This document shows, piece by piece, positions 54,441 to 63,123 of a DNA stretch of 64,000 nucleotides. Under the pieces are notes generated by a model that worked only from the letters and a program-made list of their open reading frames with translations, was not told the origin of the DNA and did not search any database. This DNA is from Desulfobacterales bacterium (GTDB lineage Bacteria; Desulfobacterota; Desulfobacteria; Desulfobacterales; UBA2174): NCBI GenBank assembly GCA_963668645.2, contig CAXXWC010000021.1, forward strand, positions 704,001-768,000, given 5' to 3'. The translations under genes were made by a program, and so were the position numbers. Positions within the stretch are counted from its first letter, which is position 1; each line of letters opens with the position of its first letter.

Positions 54441-56444
54441 TCAAACGGAAATCGCCCCGAATAATACCCTCTCCAGTTCACCCAAGGCTTTCAGGCCCTG
54501 AATGGTATCCGGGAACTGGGGAACGATCGTAAGCGTCGTGGCGGGAAAGCGGGTCGTGATCTCTTTTAAATGGCCTTCCTGAATGCTGCGGGTGGCATGG
54601 CACAAAGCACAAGGCGAGTCTGGAACGATCCGGTTGACGATCGTACGGGTACACGGGATACGGATCTCTTCGAGGGCCTGCATCAAATCGGCCAGTTCTT
54701 CTAGCGACATCCGTTCGGCCAGGGTGACGGCCACGAAAGCGGTCTTCAGGGGGTTTTTCAGGGTTTCCTGGATGCGCCGGATCCCTTTTGCCAGGTTCAC
54801 TGCTTTTTGCGCCATCCGGGCCATCCGCACCGTCCCCTTGTATCGCATCAAGAGACGAAAAAACGTCTGCAGCCACTGTCGCGCCAGATCCGGAAGCTGA
54901 AGAAAACGCAACAGATGCCCGGTGGGCGAAGTATCCAGTACGAGGATATCGAAATCACCGCCGGCCTTAAGGTCCATGATGGTGTCCAGGGCCATGATCT
55001 CGTCCAGCCCCGGCGGGGCGAAATCGATAAGGCTGTTCATAACCGCCTGGTCCAGGCGCGCACTCAAACCGCTTTTTACAAATCGATCGAAAACCTCCCG
55101 AACGTCCGATTCAAAATCTTCCTTCAGCTTTGTGAAAAGGCGATCCGAGTCGATTTCCAGGGCGAACAGATTGCCCCCGTCAACAGCGCTGATTTGGTTG
55201 CCGATGGGAATACCGAAAGCGTCGGTCAGGGAATGGGCCGGATCGGTGGAAAATACCAGGACTTTGCTGGACGGGTGGGTTCGCGCCAGGTGCAACGCGA
55301 TGGCCGCAGCCACCGAGGTCTTGCCGACCCCGCCCTTGCCCCCCACAAGAATCAGCTCCGGGTTTTCCTGCAAGGTCAAAGGAGTGGAAACCGCAGCGCC
55401 ATCGTCGTCCGGCCCGGCAGCCACGTCGACAGATGGCGCCGTGCCCTCCCACAGGACGCGACGCAATTCCAGCAATCCGCAAATTCCTCTGATTTCACCC
55501 GGAAAAAGAAAAACCGGGATCGTCTCGCAGGGAGCTGTGGCCTTTTCCAGCATCCGCATGCAGACGGCCTGCTGCGCGGCTCGCGAACGGCAAAAGCCAC
55601 AGTCCGTCTCCGGGATCACCCGGTTGACCCAAATCTGATCGACCGGAACGGACAGGTTTCTAAGCTGTACCACCAGTCTTTGAGTCTCCTCGATGGCCAT
55701 CGGTTCAGGGATGGTCACGGGCACGAAGCGCGTTCTTTCGCCATCGGTCAGGAGCTTTCTGACAGCCGTCAAATCGGCGGAGAGGTTCTGGAGAAAAAGA
55801 TCGCATTCGTCTTTGACCGCCCGCTTGCGGGAAAAATGGGCTGCCATGACACGGTGCTTTTCCTGCATCAGGTCCAGGGCTTTGACCCACAGCAGCATCT
55901 GCTCGGGAAGTGCAAGCATCCGCAGGGTGTGCCCGGTCGGAGCAGTATCGACAACCAGCCGATCGTAGTCTTTTTCGCGCATCAGACGCCCGATTTCCAG
56001 AATCGCCATGACCTCGTCCATTCCCGGTATGGAAAGGTCCAGAAATTGGGCGATATCTCCCTCGTCGAAATAGGTTCCCCGGTCGGCCAGCTTTTTAAAA
56101 ATCTCCCGGTTCTGGGTGGTAAACGCCGCTGCCAGCCGGTCCGTATCCGGCTCCCAGGCATGCAGGCCGGCAAGATCGGAAGACCGGCCTCCGTTTTCGC
56201 AATCCGGCTCCGGGTCGGCGCGAACCGGCAAGGCCGGCGGCAGGCCGATCGGCACGATATGATCACCCACAGGCGAATCGAGGGCGTCGGCCAGGGAATG
56301 GGCCGGGTCGGTGGATATCAGCAGAATCTTTTGATCCGGATGGCAAAGGGCGAAGTGCACCGCTGTCACACAGGCCATGGTGGTTTTGCCGACACCGCCT
56401 TTACCGCCGAACAGGGTCAACCTTGGAAACGATAAACGATGCAT
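54441..56444 (-). CDS. ArsA/Get3(TRC40)-family ATPase, tandem two-domain
   Basis: GKGGVGKT twice, STDPAHSL twice, DTAPTGH/DTSPTGH, CxxC in both halves. Confidence 0.92.
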   Translation of the reverse strand: MHRLSFPRLTLFGGKGGVGKTTMACVTAVHFALCHPDQKILLISTDPAHSLADALDSPVGDHIVPIGLPPALPVRADPEPDCENGGRSSDLAGLHAWEPDTDRLAAAFTTQNREIFKKLADRGTYFDEGDIAQFLDLSIPGMDEVMAILEIGRLMREKDYDRLVVDTAPTGHTLRMLALPEQMLLWVKALDLMQEKHRVMAAHFSRKRAVKDECDLFLQNLSADLTAVRKLLTDGERTRFVPVTIPEPMAIEETQRLVVQLRNLSVPVDQIWVNRVIPETDCGFCRSRAAQQAVCMRMLEKATAPCETIPVFLFPGEIRGICGLLELRRVLWEGTAPSVDVAAGPDDDGAAVSTPLTLQENPELILVGGKGGVGKTSVAAAIALHLARTHPSSKVLVFSTDPAHSLTDAFGIPIGNQISAVDGGNLFALEIDSDRLFTKLKEDFESDVREVFDRFVKSGLSARLDQAVMNSLIDFAPPGLDEIMALDTIMDLKAGGDFDILVLDTSPTGHLLRFLQLPDLARQWLQTFFRLLMRYKGTVRMARMAQKAVNLAKGIRRIQETLKNPLKTAFVAVTLAERMSLEELADLMQALEEIRIPCTRTIVNRIVPDSPCALCHATRSIQEGHLKEITTRFPATTLTIVPQFPDTIQGLKALGELERVLFGAISV

Positions 56445-56512
56445 CCGCTTTTTTCCTCCAAGTCATCGCGGGCCGGGGGGCCTTGATGATTCACGCTTCG
56501 GTTTGGCGAACT

Positions 56513-57418
56513 TCAGGCTTTGGACAGCGTGATCTCCAAAAGCCCGTTTTTGAGTCTCAGGCCAACCCCTTCGGGATCCACCGGTGCCGGCAGATGGACC
56601 CTGACGCGCATGGCCGCGCCGATCCGGTGGGAACGTACCGTCAGGTCATCCTCTTCCAGGTCCAGCCGGATATCCGAGATTTCCACCCCCCGAACCCCCA
56701 TGATGACCACGACGCGATCCCCCTCGTCGAAAATGTCCAAAAACCGCTCCGGGCTTCGGGTGCACCGGGTGGCCTTGCCCACCAGCCACCAGTGAAACCG
56801 CACCGGTTCCTGGGTCAGGGGGCAGACCTTGAACCGCTCGAAGACCACCAGAGGGCACCCCAGAATCTTTTCAGCCGCCGGGTTGATCGTCTCCCGGATG
56901 AGCCCCAACGTGTCGATAGGGTCCTCGGCGCCCGTCACCGCGGCCAATTCCCGGATCCCGGCATGGCGCCTCTCCCACAGGTACCAAAGCAGCTTGCGGC
57001 CATCGTGGTCCAGTCTCAGGGACAAGTCGCAGATGGTCTGTTCGTCGATTTCAAGCAGGGAGAGCTGGTAGATTTTTTCTTTCCAGAGTTTAAGCCCATT
57101 GACCACGAACGAGATGCTTGCCGGCCGATCGCTGCGCCGGAAAGAGACCTTAAGGGTTTCACGCACTTTGAGAATACAATAGTGCCGTTCCGGCCAGAGG
57201 CCCCGAATGGATGAAAGGACGACTTGGGCCAGAATCCGGGGGCGCAGATAAAAGATCAGCCGCTGATCGGTCAAAAAGCACTGAGCCGGCCGCCACCCTC
57301 TGTAAGGATGGCATCGAAAAGCACTTTGCCCCCTCAGCAAAAGCCGCTCATCCGCCTCAAAAAGCGGGACGGCATACCGGTCCACCGGCATGGTACTCTT
57401 GGGATAACTGATGCGCAT
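56513..57418 (-). CDS. GRAM/PH-like + HTH-like + Hsp20 (GvpH-like) domain protein
   Basis: FLTDQRLIF (GRAM-like); helical HTH-like middle; LDIFDEGDRVVVI...LKNGLLEITL (alpha-crystallin). Confidence 0.7.
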   Translation of the reverse strand: MRISYPKSTMPVDRYAVPLFEADERLLLRGQSAFRCHPYRGWRPAQCFLTDQRLIFYLRPRILAQVVLSSIRGLWPERHYCILKVRETLKVSFRRSDRPASISFVVNGLKLWKEKIYQLSLLEIDEQTICDLSLRLDHDGRKLLWYLWERRHAGIRELAAVTGAEDPIDTLGLIRETINPAAEKILGCPLVVFERFKVCPLTQEPVRFHWWLVGKATRCTRSPERFLDIFDEGDRVVVIMGVRGVEISDIRLDLEEDDLTVRSHRIGAAMRVRVHLPAPVDPEGVGLRLKNGLLEITLSKA

Positions 57419-57424
57419 GTCCGC

Positions 57425-59125
57425 TCAGCGAACCTGAAGAAGCCCGTTCAGGGTCTCCATTTCTTTCTCGATGCCGGTGGTGTCCCCCCGGGCCAGGGCA
57501 TCCTGGACGGAATAAAGAGCCCTTTCGATGGCATCCCGGCACCCGTGGATTGCCGTTTGCTCCAGCAAGGCCTGTCCGGCCCGCAGAGCCTGTTCAGCAC
57601 GAATGGACAGTTCAATGGCATGTTTTCGCTCCCGGTCGGATACGGCCCGGGCTTCAGCCTCCCGGATCAATGCCCTCACCTTGTCGTCGCTGAGCCGGTG
57701 CACGGCATCGATGCAAATCGAAGCTTCAGCACCGGTAAAAATCTCCTGGGCGGTAACGGTGACCACGCCGCTGGCATCTATCCGGAAAATCATCTCCACC
57801 TGGGCCTTGCCCCGTGGCATGGGGGGGATTTGCGCCAGCTTGAAACAGCCCAGGCTGATGTTGTCGGACGCCATGGCCCGCTCTCCCTGAAGCACATTGA
57901 TGTCCATCTCACTCTGGCCGTCACCGGCTGTGGTGAAAATCCGATCGGCCGAGGTGGGAACGGGCGTATTGCGCGGAATAACGATGGAAAAAATTCCGCC
58001 CTGGGTCTCGACGCCGAGGGAAAGCGGGACCACATCGACCAGCGCCACGTGCTGGACCATACCGGCCAGGACCCCTCCCTGGATGGCGGCACCGATGGCC
58101 ACGGCTTCGTCGGGATTGATCCTTTGGTAAGGCTCTTTTCCAAAGATCTCTACAGCCAGGGCCTTGATGGCCGGCATGCGGGTCGCGCCACCGACCAGAA
58201 CGACACAATCCATTGCTTCGGGCCCCAGACCCGCATCCTTCAGAGCCCGATGCGTGGCCTGAGCCATACGTTCCCGCAAGTCACCGGTGATCTGTTCGAG
58301 GATATCGCGGGAAAAAGGGCAGGCCAGACGCACGATGGGTTTGCCGTTTCGGCCCACCAGTGACAGGCGAATTTGGGTGGCAGTTTCTAGCGAAAGCTCT
58401 TTTTTCGCCTTTTCACAAACCGTGCGCAGGCGTTGCCAGTCCCCGCTGTCCGGCTGAAGGTCGACCCCGTATGCCGTGCGAAACGCCTCGGCGGCATATG
58501 TCATAATACGTTGGTCCCAATCGTCTCCGCCCAGGTAGCAATCACCGTTGACCGCCCGCACCTGGAAAACCCCATCGCCCATTTCCAGAATGGACACATC
58601 GAAGGTTCCACCGCCCAGGTCCCACACCAGAACGGACTGGACGTTTTTACGATCCAGTCCGTAGGCCAGGGCCGCGGCCGTGGGTTCGTTGATCATCCGG
58701 ACCACATCGAGGCCTGCCATCAGACCCGCCTCGCGGGTGGCCTGGCGCTGGGTGTCACTGAAATAGGCAGGCACGGTGATCACTGCCTTTTCCACCCGCC
58801 GGCCCAGGGCATGCTCGGCATCGGCCTTGATTTTGCGGAGGATAAATGAAGAGATTTCCTGGGGAGAGCAGGCTCTGCCATGGATCCGGACCCGGTAGTC
58901 CGTTCCCATCCGGCGTTTGATGGACAAGACCGTGTTTTGCGGATTGGCCGCCGCCTGGGCCTTGGCCACCACGCCGACCAGGGGATGCTGCCGGCGTGTT
59001 TCCGCGTAAACGGAAGGGGTAAGCGCGTCTCCCTCCCGGTTGGGGACAATCCGCGCTCGGCCATTTTCAAAAACGGCCGCCACCGAATAAGTGGTCCCGA
59101 GATCGATTCCAAGAATCGTATCCAT
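57425..59125 (-). CDS. Hsp70/DnaK-family chaperone paralogue
   Basis: GIDLGTT, ITVPAYF, INEPTAAALAYG, DLGGGTFDVS, LVGGATRMP, PLSLG; 566 aa with a short lid region. Confidence 0.95.
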   Translation of the reverse strand: MDTILGIDLGTTYSVAAVFENGRARIVPNREGDALTPSVYAETRRQHPLVGVVAKAQAAANPQNTVLSIKRRMGTDYRVRIHGRACSPQEISSFILRKIKADAEHALGRRVEKAVITVPAYFSDTQRQATREAGLMAGLDVVRMINEPTAAALAYGLDRKNVQSVLVWDLGGGTFDVSILEMGDGVFQVRAVNGDCYLGGDDWDQRIMTYAAEAFRTAYGVDLQPDSGDWQRLRTVCEKAKKELSLETATQIRLSLVGRNGKPIVRLACPFSRDILEQITGDLRERMAQATHRALKDAGLGPEAMDCVVLVGGATRMPAIKALAVEIFGKEPYQRINPDEAVAIGAAIQGGVLAGMVQHVALVDVVPLSLGVETQGGIFSIVIPRNTPVPTSADRIFTTAGDGQSEMDINVLQGERAMASDNISLGCFKLAQIPPMPRGKAQVEMIFRIDASGVVTVTAQEIFTGAEASICIDAVHRLSDDKVRALIREAEARAVSDRERKHAIELSIRAEQALRAGQALLEQTAIHGCRDAIERALYSVQDALARGDTTGIEKEMETLNGLLQVR

Positions 59126-59245
59126 AAGTGGCTGTAACCTCGTTCACAAGGCAGGGGCTCAGCATTCGGTCTCAGCCCCCACCGGCATTCCGATAAAAGA
59201 ACAGACATGACAAAATGCCCAAACCTATCGGTGCGGGGCTTGCCT

Positions 59246-59860
59246 CTAGTTGTGCATCACCAATACCATACCGCCGTCCTGGCTCAGTGTCAGGCCCTGC
59301 CGGACCATGGTGTCGTTGAGCATGTTCAAAAACACCTTCGGATCAGCGACCCGTATTTTTCGGACCGTTCGGCCTTGAAACCGAAACGATAACACCATCC
59401 GGGAATCGGCCTCCGCAGGCTCCAGACAAACGGACTGAATCTGTTCCAGGGGAACCGTCAGAAGAAGTTTGTCGAAAATTTCCTGATAAACAAAAAGTCG
59501 CTGGTCGGTCACATGCACGTGTCCGTATTGCCAGGTCCGATAGACGCCGCTTTCAACCCAACAGGCCCCCCGGCTCTTGTAGACGACCTGCTCCTCCCGG
59601 GCCGATCCTTGCTCCTGCTGGACAGGTCCCGTCTTCACCTGATTTGCGGCAAGCCGGCTTTTGGCGTCCCAATCCGTCAGCAAGCCATAGCGAAGCATCG
59701 TATCCATGCCGGCCAGGGCCGCCCGGAGGCAAACGCCGATGAGGGGGACCCCGGCCAGGGAAATGATCAGATCGGCCTGAAGCACCACGCCCCGGTCCAG
59801 GACACGGTCCAGCAGATCCACCAGGGTGCCGTTGCGGGTGGATGTGGTCTGCGGGTTCAT
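59246..59860 (-). CDS. gvpM: Gas vesicle protein GvpM-like (GvpA family) fused to a GRAM/PH-like domain
   Basis: LVDLLDRVLDRGVVLQADLIISLAGVPLIGVCLRAALAGMDTMLRYGLLTDWD; C-terminal WQYGHVHVTDQRLFVY. Confidence 0.75.
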   Translation of the reverse strand: MNPQTTSTRNGTLVDLLDRVLDRGVVLQADLIISLAGVPLIGVCLRAALAGMDTMLRYGLLTDWDAKSRLAANQVKTGPVQQEQGSAREEQVVYKSRGACWVESGVYRTWQYGHVHVTDQRLFVYQEIFDKLLLTVPLEQIQSVCLEPAEADSRMVLSFRFQGRTVRKIRVADPKVFLNMLNDTMVRQGLTLSQDGGMVLVMHN

Positions 59861-60957
59861 ACAAAACTATAAGCGGGCCAGGGACCGGTGAAGCGGACCG
59901 AGAAACCTTCCAGGTTTTCGATCTGCTCCAGGGCCGTGCCCAGTTGCCCATTGTCCTGGCGGGATGCCAGACAGGACAGATGCATCAGCATGCGGGTCTT
60001 GGCATCCGCGGCGGGCTTTACCTTTTCCATGCGCAGGGACTCTACGTGGGGTCGGATCTGATCATGGAATTGCTGCACATAACCTTCGGCCAATCTTTCC
60101 ATCTCCTGTTTCAGGACGCTTGCCAGCTTGGCGCGGTAAAGGTAGGCCGCACCCTGCGGCTTGGAGTGAATCTCTTCTTCGATCTTTCTGACCGCAGGGC
60201 TTTCCCTGGCCGTGGTACGGGCCACGGCATCCGGATCCCAGAAGATCTGAACCCCGTATTCGGCCATCCCTTCCAGCATTTGAAGCTTTTCCATCAAGGC
60301 ATCGCGGTCGTCGTTGAGCCACTTGCGAGCCGTTTCGACCGCGTCGAGCCCGGGCTCCCCCCGGATGATGGTGTCGAAACCCATCGGCGCCACGTTGCCG
60401 AACCACTCCCAGGCGGCATCCACCACCTTCTGATGGGCGGCGACCCAGGTCTGAACTTGCTCCGGATCAGTTGACTGGTAAGGCTCGGCAGAACAACGAT
60501 GGACCACCACAGCCAGATCCTGGTCGGCGATGGTAAATACCTCAGCGGCTTCCAGCCCGATGGGCCCCAGACAGACACCGTCTTCACCCCGTACCACACC
60601 ATACAGGTAGACACCCTCTGAAGGGTCTTGAGCACCTGGAGCAGCGCCAGTTTGCGCGACGGGCGGTGCTCCAGTCCCGACCGCAGGGGTAGGGGGCGCG
60701 GATGGTGCATCGGCCGGCAGGCTGATCGCATGGTCTTCTGGCGCCGCCGATTCGGCCACCCGCTCGTCCCGCAGCCGTGCCTGGTCGCCCGTCATCGCGC
60801 GAAGTTGCATGCCGATCTCTTGCCGAAGCGCGCGCTCTAATTCCGGAATCAGGGACTCGCGAAGGACCTCCCGAATCGCCTCCCGGTGGTCGGCAACCAT
60901 CTTGGCAACCGTTTCCCGGAGCATTGTCCGGATTATCTCTCGAATCTCGTTGTCCAT
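59857..60957 (-). CDS. gvpL: Gas vesicle protein GvpL (GvpL/F family) with N-terminal extension
   Basis: GVYLYGV, AHQKVV, PMGFDTI, EYGV, FTGPWPAYSFV. Confidence 0.88.
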   Translation of the reverse strand: MDNEIREIIRTMLRETVAKMVADHREAIREVLRESLIPELERALRQEIGMQLRAMTGDQARLRDERVAESAAPEDHAISLPADAPSAPPTPAVGTGAPPVAQTGAAPGAQDPSEGVYLYGVVRGEDGVCLGPIGLEAAEVFTIADQDLAVVVHRCSAEPYQSTDPEQVQTWVAAHQKVVDAAWEWFGNVAPMGFDTIIRGEPGLDAVETARKWLNDDRDALMEKLQMLEGMAEYGVQIFWDPDAVARTTARESPAVRKIEEEIHSKPQGAAYLYRAKLASVLKQEMERLAEGYVQQFHDQIRPHVESLRMEKVKPAADAKTRMLMHLSCLASRQDNGQLGTALEQIENLEGFSVRFTGPWPAYSFV

Positions 60958-61029
60958 ATCCGTTCCCCAGGGCCGGTCTGAATGGCCGGCAGAGGGCCAA
61001 CCCGCCGGTATGGATTACCGGGTCGCGTT

Positions 61030-61329
61030 TCAGCCGGGAGCTTGTCCGCACAGCAGGATATCGTCCACCACCTGGTCCAGCCCATCCCGAACGGACTTTA
61101 CGGCTTCCCGGATGCCCTGCTCCATTTTGATCTCCTCGATTGCCGTATCGAGCTCCATCAACGCCACGCCGAGCCGATCGATTTCGGCGTCGGTCAGCCC
61201 CGTGCCTTCCATGCGACGCAGGGCTTGGTGTTTGAGCGCATCCCGAATAATCTCCACCAGGGCCATCACCAGCCCCAGCACCCCGGATTTCATGTCTTTT
61301 TCATCAATATCGATGGCCATCTTTGCCAC
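61030..61329 (-). CDS. gvpK: Gas vesicle protein GvpK
   Basis: LGLVMALVEIIRDALKHQALRRME...EIDRLGVALMEL. Confidence 0.9.
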   Translation of the reverse strand: MAKMAIDIDEKDMKSGVLGLVMALVEIIRDALKHQALRRMEGTGLTDAEIDRLGVALMELDTAIEEIKMEQGIREAVKSVRDGLDQVVDDILLCGQAPG

Positions 61330-61419
61330 CTAGCGATGTTTTTTAGGGGAGCTAAACACGGCCCCGGTGCACCGTCGTAACCTTACCCGGAGCCGCGAGC
61401 AAAACAGCGCCACTCCGGG

Positions 61420-61779
61420 CTAAGGCCGGGCCGTCATCATCCGCTCGGTCTTGGCACTGACCCAACCGCACCAGGGGCAGCCTTCGTCGAGCAGGGCGGA
61501 TGAAGAAACCAGCTTGCCGCACTGGGGGCAGAGTTCCCGGCCCGTAACCGCCTCTTGCCGGGCAGAGGTCTCGAGAGATGTGCCGGAAGGAAATTCAAGG
61601 CCGTACTTGGCCGCGGTTTCAAAAGAAGCCAGGGCCGCCCGGATCTTGATCCCCAGAAGTTCCACGCCCACCAACGAAACGGCGATATCCGCATTGATCA
61701 CCAGCCCCTTATCCAGAAGCCGATCGATCACATCGGCCAAGCCTTGGCCCTGGACTTCCCGTGAAGGTTCCAACGGCAT
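61420..61779 (-). CDS. gvpJ: Gas vesicle protein GvpJ with C-terminal zinc ribbon
   Basis: [22 protein letters not shown]...[26 protein letters not shown]...CPWC. Confidence 0.85.
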   Translation of the reverse strand: MPLEPSREVQGQGLADVIDRLLDKGLVINADIAVSLVGVELLGIKIRAALASFETAAKYGLEFPSGTSLETSARQEAVTGRELCPQCGKLVSSSALLDEGCPWCGWVSAKTERMMTARP

Positions 61780-61840
61780 ACGCTTCCTCTTCCTTGTAAC
61801 GCGTCAGACTTCCCGGCCATCGGCAACGGGCCGGAAAGCA

Positions 61841-62107
61841 TCAAAAATCCTCTTCCACCGTATCGATCCGCTTACGCATCCGGGCCCGTTTGAATTCCAA
61901 CACATTGCCCTCCGGGTCCATTCGGATGCGGTAGGTGGCCAGGATATCCATCGATTCGGGAATGGAGCGTTTTTCCACCACTTCCAAGGCAACCAGCCAC
62001 TCTTCGCCTTCCCTGGCCGCCTCCAAGGTGGAAGAAACCTCCAAGCCGGTCAGGGCTTGAAGTTCCGACCTGGCCTGTTTTACGATTTGTGCAAGCCCTA
62101 GCGCCAT
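61841..62107 (-). CDS. gvpO: Gas vesicle protein GvpO
   Basis: LTGLEVSS, WLVALEVVEKRSIP..MDILATY, GNVLEFKR. Confidence 0.88.
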   Translation of the reverse strand: MALGLAQIVKQARSELQALTGLEVSSTLEAAREGEEWLVALEVVEKRSIPESMDILATYRIRMDPEGNVLEFKRARMRKRIDTVEEDF

Positions 62108-62122
62108 GACCGCAAGCCTCCT

Positions 62123-62368
62123 TTACGGCGTTAACTCCGCCTTCAGTTTTCTCATCTCTTCCATCCGTTCCATGAGTTCGGTCTCTAGTTTTTCGAACTC
62201 CGGTTCGTCGATTTCCCCCATCTCGAATTGCATCTGCAACTGAAGCAGTTCATCTTGCAGGCGGGTCTCATCGGTCATCTCCTGCACGGCCGCATCCCGC
62301 AGTTTCTCGCCGAGCCACACGGTAAATTTCAATGGCGAAAACAGGATATCGTCAAGAAGAAACGCCAT
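62123..62368 (-). CDS. gvpG: Gas vesicle protein GvpG
   Basis: FLLDDIL, LQMQFEMGEIDEPEFEKLETELMERM. Confidence 0.88.
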   Translation of the reverse strand: MAFLLDDILFSPLKFTVWLGEKLRDAAVQEMTDETRLQDELLQLQMQFEMGEIDEPEFEKLETELMERMEEMRKLKAELTP

Positions 62369-62371
62369 GGT

Positions 62372-63121
62372 TCACCACCTCACCGTAATTTCGACGAAAT
62401 TGGCCGGCGGCACAGGTCCCACGTAGCGGAACGTCATACGGCCGTCATAATGACGAGCCAGATCTTCAACGGCCCCGTCAAAGTCTTTTTCCCGTTGCTT
62501 GAGAACCAGAAAAGCACTGTTGACCACCATCAGGTCTCCAAACTCCTTGTTGGAACGCTGGTCCACCCAGTAGCCTCGGAGATTTTCCAAAACAGCGTTT
62601 CTTTCCTTTTCACGCTTGCGCTCCAACGCCTTCTTGACCATCTCCCCGAGCCGCACCTGGGCTTGCGGGTTGGCGGCTTTTTGAGTGGCAAGGCGGTCCC
62701 GCAATTGGCGAATCTCCCGATTTTCTGAAATAATTTCCTGAAAAAGGGTATTGATGTCATTCCACAACACCTTGAGCCCCAGTTCTATTTTGTCCTGCAT
62801 CTGTCGCAAGAGCCCGGAAAGTTCCGCATACCGGGCCGCGAGAAGTTTCTCCCGAATCTGGTCCACGCCCTCGGCGATGGTTCCGAATCGCACCGGCAAC
62901 AGGGTATGCGTTTGCATGAGGGCTTCCATGACCTTCTGATGGGCCATGGTGTTGCTCCGGCAGACCGGATACGAGACGATGGAAGAATCGCTGACTACCG
63001 CGCCGATATCCTTGTAGCCGACCGCATAGACCGGATACCCTTGCCCCCCGATACTTTTCAGGTCCGTTGCAATGGGGCCGCCGCCGGTAATGGCATAGAT
63101 GTATTGTCCCGAATGGCGCAT
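62372..63121 (-). CDS. gvpF: Gas vesicle protein GvpF (GvpL/F family)
   Basis: YIYAI, AHQKVME, LLPVRFGT, ELGLKV, YVGPVPPANFV. Confidence 0.9.
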   Translation of the reverse strand: MRHSGQYIYAITGGGPIATDLKSIGGQGYPVYAVGYKDIGAVVSDSSIVSYPVCRSNTMAHQKVMEALMQTHTLLPVRFGTIAEGVDQIREKLLAARYAELSGLLRQMQDKIELGLKVLWNDINTLFQEIISENREIRQLRDRLATQKAANPQAQVRLGEMVKKALERKREKERNAVLENLRGYWVDQRSNKEFGDLMVVNSAFLVLKQREKDFDGAVEDLARHYDGRMTFRYVGPVPPANFVEITVRW

Positions 63122-63123
63122 GA

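Noticed and set aside
54441..56444. Arsenic resistance operon
   Set aside because: No arsB, acr3, arsC, arsD or arsR; the context is gas vesicle and chaperone genes
57425..59125. Housekeeping dnaK
   Set aside because: Short (566 aa), divergent, with no grpE or hrcA context; treated as a specialised paralogue
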